From Histomonas meleagridis 2922-C6/04-290x (taxonomy: Eukaryota; Protista; Parabasalia): a DNA stretch of 64,000 nucleotides. The number at the start of each line of letters is the position of its first letter. Position 1 is the stretch's first letter. Positions 57,491-64,000 of this stretch are shown piece after piece. The notes under the pieces are model-generated. The model saw only the letters and a list, made by a program, of their open reading frames with translations, had not been told where the DNA came from and searched no databases. The position numbers were made by a program, and so were the translations under genes. The stretch lies in contig JAANOX010000280.1 in the NCBI GenBank assembly GCA_020184695.1, positions 310,001 to 374,000 on the forward strand, read 5' to 3'.

Positions 57491-59293
57491 ATGTCATCCA
57501 GTTATCACTTAACTACAGGCTGTTTAAATGATATTGTCAACAGCAGGAGAGAGATTAAAGATCCAATCCTTCAAGTTGTTCAATATAAAGAACATTCAGC
57601 GAAACCTCAACGATTTCGAATTGCACTTTCTGATGGAGAATTTTATACTTCTGCAACACTTTCTTCACAACTCAATCATTTAATTAATGAAGGTACTCTT
57701 ACTCGATATTCAGTTGTTCGAGTTCCATCATATAATGTTAGCGAATCACAAGGAGGAAAAGTTATGTTTATTATTTTAAAGCTTGATGTCCTTGACAGCA
57801 ATCCAGATGGTTGTATTGGCAAGCCCAAACGCTTAGATGCAAGTGCATCATCATCTGGAGGTGCGCCTACTTCATCCAACACATCACAAAACGCACCAGC
57901 TCATCCACCTCCCCCTCCACCGCCATCAACTCGCACAGAATCAAAGCCACAACCAATGCGCCCAGTTAATCGCGGGTCATACATTTCCATCTCCTCATTA
58001 ACTCCATATATCCAAACGTGGTCCATCAAAGGGCGTGTAGTTCTTAAGACGCCAATGAAAGAATTCCATAATGCTCGAGGTGCAGGTCGATTATTTAGTG
58101 TCACTCTTAAAGATCACACAGGTGAAATCCGAGGAACATTCTTTGGCGAGACTGCCAACAACTTTTATGACATCATTGAAGTTGAGCGCACATATATTGT
58201 TACTGGTGGCAAAGTCAAACTTGCGAATAAGAGTTTCAACACTGTTGGGGACTATGAGATAACATTTGATTCAACGACACGTTTTGAGCTTACAGAGGAC
58301 GACAACACGATCGGCGGCCTCTCGTACAACTTCACTAAGCTCAGTGACATCGAAAACCGCAAAGAGAATACGTTTGCGGATATCGTCGGTATCGTTGTAC
58401 AATTCGATCAAACCTCCGAAGTTCAGACGAAAAATGGTCCGACGGTTAAGAGGCGGGTTATCATTGCCGATGACTCGGGTATTAAGATGGAAGTAACACT
58501 ATGGGGAGACGAGGCACGTAATTTCCCCGAAGACCAAGGAACAGGGATCCCATTAATCATCAAGGATGGCCGAATCACTGATTTCCATGGCAAACAAATT
58601 AGTGTTGGCAACAATTCCATCATCAAATATTCAAGTGATGATCAAGAAGTACAACAGTTGCAACAATGGTATATGCATAATGCAGATCAAGTTGAACAAT
58701 TTTCATTTGCATCTGGCGGCGGTTTCGGCGGCTCTGGCGGTTCCTCACAAATTATATATTTGTCAGAGATCAATGACAAAGGATTAGGTCAACGAGTTGA
58801 TTCATCAGATTATTTCACTTTTTATGGATATTTTGTTGATCTAAATGTGTCACGTAACATCTTTTATAATGCATGCCCTAACCCCGCATGTAGTAACAAA
58901 GGAATGCAACTGACACAAGACACAAATATGTACTTCTGCCCGAAATGTAAGAACCAAACGAACGAGCCGAAGCCGCGCTTCGCATTCTCGTTCAAGGCGC
59001 AGGACTACTCGGGCTCGACTTACATATCCGCGCTCGGGGACGACAACTTCGGCAAGGCGCTGATCGGATACACGGCGGCGGAGTGGGCGAGCGAATGCGC
59101 AGCGCTCACGGAGGAGCCGGACAGGAGGCGCCTGTTCAGGAATAACCTGTTCCAGGAGTTCCAGTTCAAGTGCAGAATACGAGCGGAGGAGTACAACAAC
59201 GAAACACGGCCGAAGATAACGTTGTTGAACATATCACAGATGAACTATGGAGAGTACGCAAAGTTTTTGGCAGAGGAAATTAAGAAGTTTTAG
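57491..59293 (+). CDS. RPA1: Replication protein A 70 kDa subunit
   Basis: N-terminal OB fold (RFRIALSDG), Pro-rich linker, LTPY...WSIKGRV..K, two further OB folds, and the zinc-ribbon YNACP...C..C.KC in the C-terminal OB fold. Confidence 0.95.
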   Translation: MSSSYHLTTGCLNDIVNSRREIKDPILQVVQYKEHSAKPQRFRIALSDGEFYTSATLSSQLNHLINEGTLTRYSVVRVPSYNVSESQGGKVMFIILKLDVLDSNPDGCIGKPKRLDASASSSGGAPTSSNTSQNAPAHPPPPPPPSTRTESKPQPMRPVNRGSYISISSLTPYIQTWSIKGRVVLKTPMKEFHNARGAGRLFSVTLKDHTGEIRGTFFGETANNFYDIIEVERTYIVTGGKVKLANKSFNTVGDYEITFDSTTRFELTEDDNTIGGLSYNFTKLSDIENRKENTFADIVGIVVQFDQTSEVQTKNGPTVKRRVIIADDSGIKMEVTLWGDEARNFPEDQGTGIPLIIKDGRITDFHGKQISVGNNSIIKYSSDDQEVQQLQQWYMHNADQVEQFSFASGGGFGGSGGSSQIIYLSEINDKGLGQRVDSSDYFTFYGYFVDLNVSRNIFYNACPNPACSNKGMQLTQDTNMYFCPKCKNQTNEPKPRFAFSFKAQDYSGSTYISALGDDNFGKALIGYTAAEWASECAALTEEPDRRRLFRNNLFQEFQFKCRIRAEEYNNETRPKITLLNISQMNYGEYAKFLAEEIKKF

Positions 59294-59374
59294 ATGAATT
59301 TGGTTATTAAACAGTGAAATAAATATTCGTTTGGCGCATTTAATAGAAATGAATGAATACTCTTTTGACTGGTG

Positions 59375-62300
59375 ATGAATGCTGTGTTTGATACAGAGAT
59401 GTGTTGTATATGAATGAATGCTGTGTTTGATATAGAGATGTGTTATATATGAATGAATGCTGTGTTTGATACAGAGATGTGTTATATATGAATGAATGCT
59501 GTGTTTGATATAGAGATGTGTTGTATATGAATGAATGCTGTGTTTGATACAGAGATGTGTTATATATGAATGAATGCTGTGTTTGATATAGAGATGTGTT
59601 GTATATGAATGAATGCTGTGTTTGATATAGAGATGTGTTGTATATGAATGAATGCTGTGTTTGATACAGAGATGTGTTGTATATGAATGAATGCTGTGTT
59701 TGATATAGAGATGTGTTGTATATGAATGAATGCTGTGTTTGATATAGAGATGTGTTGTATATGAATGAATGCTGTGTTTGATATAGAGATGTGTTGTATA
59801 TGAATGAATGCTGTGTTTGATACAGAGATGTGTTATATATGAATGAATGCTGTGTTTGATATAGAGATGTGTTGTATATGAATGAATGCTGTGTTTGATA
59901 TAGAGATGTGTTGTATATGAATGAATGCTGTGTTTGATATAGAGATGTGTTGTATATGAATGAATGCTGTGTTTGATATAGAGATGTGTTGTATATGAAT
60001 GAATGCTGTGTTTGATATAGAGATGTGTTGTATATGAATGAATGCTGTGTTTGATATAGAGATGTGTTGTATATGAATGAATGCTGTGTTTGATATAGAG
60101 ATGTGTTGTATATGAATGAATGCTGTGTTTGATATAGAGATGTGTTGTATATGAATGAATGCTGTGTTTGATACAGAGATGTGTTATATATGAATGAATG
60201 CTGTGTTTGATACAGAGATGTGTTATATATGAATGAATGCTGTGTTTGATACAGAGATGTGTTATATATGAATGAATGCTGTGTTTGATATAGAGATGTG
60301 TTGTATATGAATGAATGCTGTGTTTGATACAGAGATGTGTTGTATATGAATGAATGCTGTGTTTGATATAGAGATGTGTTGTATATGAATGAATGCTGTG
60401 TTTGATATAGAGATGTGTTGTATATGAATGAATGCTGTGTTTGATACAGAGATGTGTTGTATATGAATGAATGCTGTGTTTGATATAGAGATGTGTTATA
60501 TATGAATGAATGCTGTGTTTGATATAGAGATGTGTTGTATATGAATGAATGCTGTGTTTGATATAGAGATGTGTTGTATATGAATGAATGCTGTGTTTGA
60601 TACAGAGATGTGTTGTATATGAATGAATGCTGTGTTTGATACAGAGATGTGTTGTATATGAATGAATGCTGTGTTTGATACAGAGATGTGTTGTATATGA
60701 ATGAATGCTGTGTTTGATATAGAGATGTGTTGTATATGAATGAATGCTGTGTTTGATATAGAGATGTGTTGTATATGAATGAATGCTGTGTTTGATATAG
60801 AGATGTGTTGTATATGAATGAATGCTGTGTTTGATACAGAGATGTGTTGTATATGAATGAATGCTGTGTTTGATATAGAGATGTGTTGTATATGAATGAA
60901 TGCTGTGTTTGATATAGAGATGTGTTGTATATGAATGAATGCTGTGTTTGATATAGAGATGTGTTGTATATGAATGAATGCTGTGTTTGATACAGAGATG
61001 TGTTGTATATGAATGAATGCTGTGTTTGATATAGAGATGTGTTGTATATGAATGAATGCTGTGTTTGATATAGAGATGTGTTGTATATGAATGAATGCTG
61101 TGTTTGATACAGAGATGTGTTGTATATGAATGAATGCTGTGTTTGATACAGAGATGTGTTGTATATGAATGAATGCTGTGTTTGATACAGAGATGTGTTA
61201 TATATGAATGAATGCTGTGTTTGATATAGAGATGTGTTGTATATGAATGAATGCTGTGTTTGATATAGAGATGTGTTGTATATGAATGAATGCTGTGTTT
61301 GATACAGAGATGTGTTATATATGAATGAATGCTGTGTTTGATATAGAGATGTGTTGTATATGAATGAATGCTGTGTTTGATATAGAGATGTGTTGTATAT
61401 GAATGAATGCTGTGTTTGATATAGAGATGTGTTGTATATGAATGAATGCTGTGTTTGATATAGAGATGTGTTGTATATGAATGAATGCTGTGTTTGATAC
61501 AGAGATGTGTTGTATATGAATGAATGCTGTGTTTGATATAGAGATGTGTTGTATATGAATGAATGCTGTGTTTGATATAGAGATGTGTTGTATATGAATG
61601 AATGCTGTGTTTGATATAGAGATGTGTTGTATATGAATGAATGCTGTGTTTGATACAGAGATGTGTTATATATGAATGAATGCTGTGTTTGATATAGAGA
61701 TGTGTTGTATATGAATGAATGCTGTGTTTGATATAGAGATGTGTTGTATATGAATGAATGCTGTGTTTGATACAGAGATGTGTTGTATATGAATGAATGC
61801 TGTGTTTGATACAGAGATGTGTTGTATATGAATGAATGCTGTGTTTGATACAGAGATGTGTTGTATATGAATGAATGCTGTGTTTGATACAGAGATGTGT
61901 TGTATATGAATGAATGCTGTGTTTGATACAGAGATGTGTTATATATGAATGAATGCTGTGTTTGATATAGAGATGTGTTGTATATGAATGAATGCTGTGT
62001 TTGATATAGAGATGTGTTGTATATGAATGAATGCTGTGTTTGATACAGAGATGTGTTGTATATGAATGAATGCTGTGTTTGATATAGAGATGTGTTGTAT
62101 ATGAATGAATGCTGTGTTTGATATAGAGATGTGTTGTATATGAATGAATGCTGTGTTTGATATAGAGATGTGTTGTATATGAATGAATGCTGTGTTTGAT
62201 ATAGAGATGTGTTGTATATGAATGAATGCTGTGTTTGATATAGAGATGTGTTGTATATGAATGAATGCTGTGTTTGATATAGAGATGTGTTGTATATGAA

Positions 62301-63325
62301 TGAATGCTGTGTTTGATACAGAGATGTGTTGTATATGAATGAATGCTGTGTTTGATATAGAGATGTGTTGTATATGAATGAATGCTGTGTTTGATATAGA
62401 GATGTGTTGTATATGAATGAATGCTGTGTTTGATACAGAGATGTGTTGTATATGAATGAATGCTGTGTTTGATACAGAGATGTGTTGTATATGAATGAAT
62501 GCTGTGTTTGATACAGAGATGTGTTATATATGAATGAATGCTGTGTTTGATATAGAGATGTGTTGTATATGAATGAATGCTGTGTTTGATACAGAGATGT
62601 GTTGTATATGAATGAATGCTGTGTTTGATACAGAGATGTGTTGTATATGAATGAATGCTGTGTTTGATACAGAGATGTGTTGTATATGAATGAATGCTGT
62701 GTTTGATATAGAGATGTGTTGTATATGAATGAATGCTGTGTTTGATACAGAGATGTGTTATATATGAATGAATGCTGTGTTTGATATAGAGATGTGTTAT
62801 ATATGAATGAATGCTGTGTTTGATACAGAGATGTGTTGTATATGAATGAATGCTGTGTTTGATACAGAGATGTGTTGTATATGAATGAATGCTGTGTTTG
62901 ATATAGAGATGTGTTGTATATGAATGAATGCTGTGTTTGATACAGAGATGTGTTGTATATGAATGAATGCTGTGTTTGATACAGAGATGTGTTGTATATG
63001 AATGAATGCTGTGTTTGATATAGAGATGTGTTGTATATGAATGAATGCTGTGTTTGATACAGAGATGTGTTATATATGAATGAATGCTGTGTTTGATATA
63101 GAGATGTGTTGTATATGAATGAATGCTGTGTTTGATATAGAGATGTGTTGTATATGAATGAATGCTGTGTTTGATATAGAGATGTGTTATATATGAATGA
63201 ATGCTGTGTTTGATACAGAGATGTGTTGTATATGAATGAATGCTGTGTTTGATATAGAGGTGTGTTGTATCTGAATGAATGCTGTGTTTTATATAGAGAT
63301 GTGTTGGAGCTGAATGAATGCTCTT
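59375..63325. repeat. 39-bp tandem satellite, about 101 copies
   Basis: Unit GATGTGTT(G/A)TATATGAATGAATGCTGTGTTTGATA(T/C)AGA. Only two variable sites in the array interior. Confidence 0.97.
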
Positions 63326-63805
63326 TTGATTTGATAATAAATTTTTGATTAATGTCTTTTTATATTGGTAAAAACTTTTCAATAAGTTGTTGAGTTTTCT
63401 TCATTGAAGTTTATAAGTAAGGAAATGAACTTTTAATTGAAAATACCAAACTACATTAATTTGATCAAAATATGAAGTAACGATAGCTGGGTAGGTAGAG
63501 CATATCATTTTTTAAATCTGTTAAATGTTCTATTTTTTTATATTAAATTGTGATATTTACATTGAAAATAATATGGTTAATATTAAGTTGTAAATGGAAA
63601 ATTTCTTTAACATATGAATTAATGTTTATTACAAAAGAATATTTATATTATTTAATCCACCGAATTTTGTAAATTATTTAATTTTTCCTATAAAAATATC
63701 AATTAATAACTTAGTGTAGTTGGCTTGTACTTATGTAACAGGAACCTATTTTGTATTAATAAATAATTTATATTTGGAAAATCTTTCTTTCATTTTTAGT
63801 TCAAT

Positions 63806-64000
63806 ATTGGCGGTTTCTGTAAACGTGTTTTCGGGGGGATCAAACATCATTTTTTAGTTGTGCTTGAAAAAATAAATAAAAAACAACAAAATTCTGGAAT
63901 AAAGGAAATAGAAATCATTGAATCAATTCAACGAATCATATTTGATTTAAATAACGAAAATATTTCTCAATCAGTTCAATCAATTATTTCCATATTTGAT
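63806..64000 (+). other. 5' end of another DUF3447-family gene, cut by the window edge
   Basis: Frame reads KEIEIIESIQRIIFDLNNENISQSVQSIISIFD, homologous to IQILQSLEHIIFGLSMSNIKESV (locus 1). No in-frame ATG seen; ATT-GGC-GGT at 63806 may be a decayed MGG start. Confidence 0.6.

Noticed and set aside
3984-59293. Alternative genetic code explaining the stops in spacers
   Set aside because: Conserved genes (RPA1, kinase, Hsp70, Rab) have no internal stops and end at TAA, TAG or TGA where expected, and the spacers also shift frame.
59234-63382. 1382-aa His-rich ORF (KHSIHSYTTHLYI)n as a real gene
   Set aside because: It starts at TTG, is simply an open frame of a 39-bp (multiple of 3) satellite, overlaps the RPA1 3' end in antisense, and both repeat variants are non-synonymous in it.

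Overview
AT-rich eukaryotic DNA with compact, almost intron-free genes. It is most likely a parabasalid (Tritrichomonas/Trichomonas-like); this is inferred from the DUF3447-ankyrin and R2R3-Myb families, TCAY initiators and a hydrogenosome-type leader on a lipoate ligase. Ordinary genes: SHIPPO-repeat protein, two Myb factors, LplA, bromodomain protein, AP-mu-like protein, NDR kinase, Rab, G-alpha, BEACH-WD40, ARM and HEAT proteins, FERM-like protein, Hsp70, TEX261-like protein, beta-helix protein and RPA1. There is also a roughly 4 kb satellite of 39-bp units. The standout is a DUF3447-ankyrin gene family: four full loci, one mini-locus, one pseudogene and two fragments. In these, ankyrin repeats are encoded as separate ~30-codon cassettes split by a conserved, AT-rich, hairpin-forming non-coding spacer. 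By manual count, 55 of 67 spacers are exactly 80 nt. The spacers break the reading frame, contain stops and lack GT-AG or ACTAAC signals, yet all 62 internal cassettes are stop-free. One junction lacks the spacer and restores a perfect 34-aa repeat. This points to an undescribed non-canonical intron, translational-bypass or DNA-cassette system. The mechanism cannot be settled from sequence alone. All counts were done by hand.
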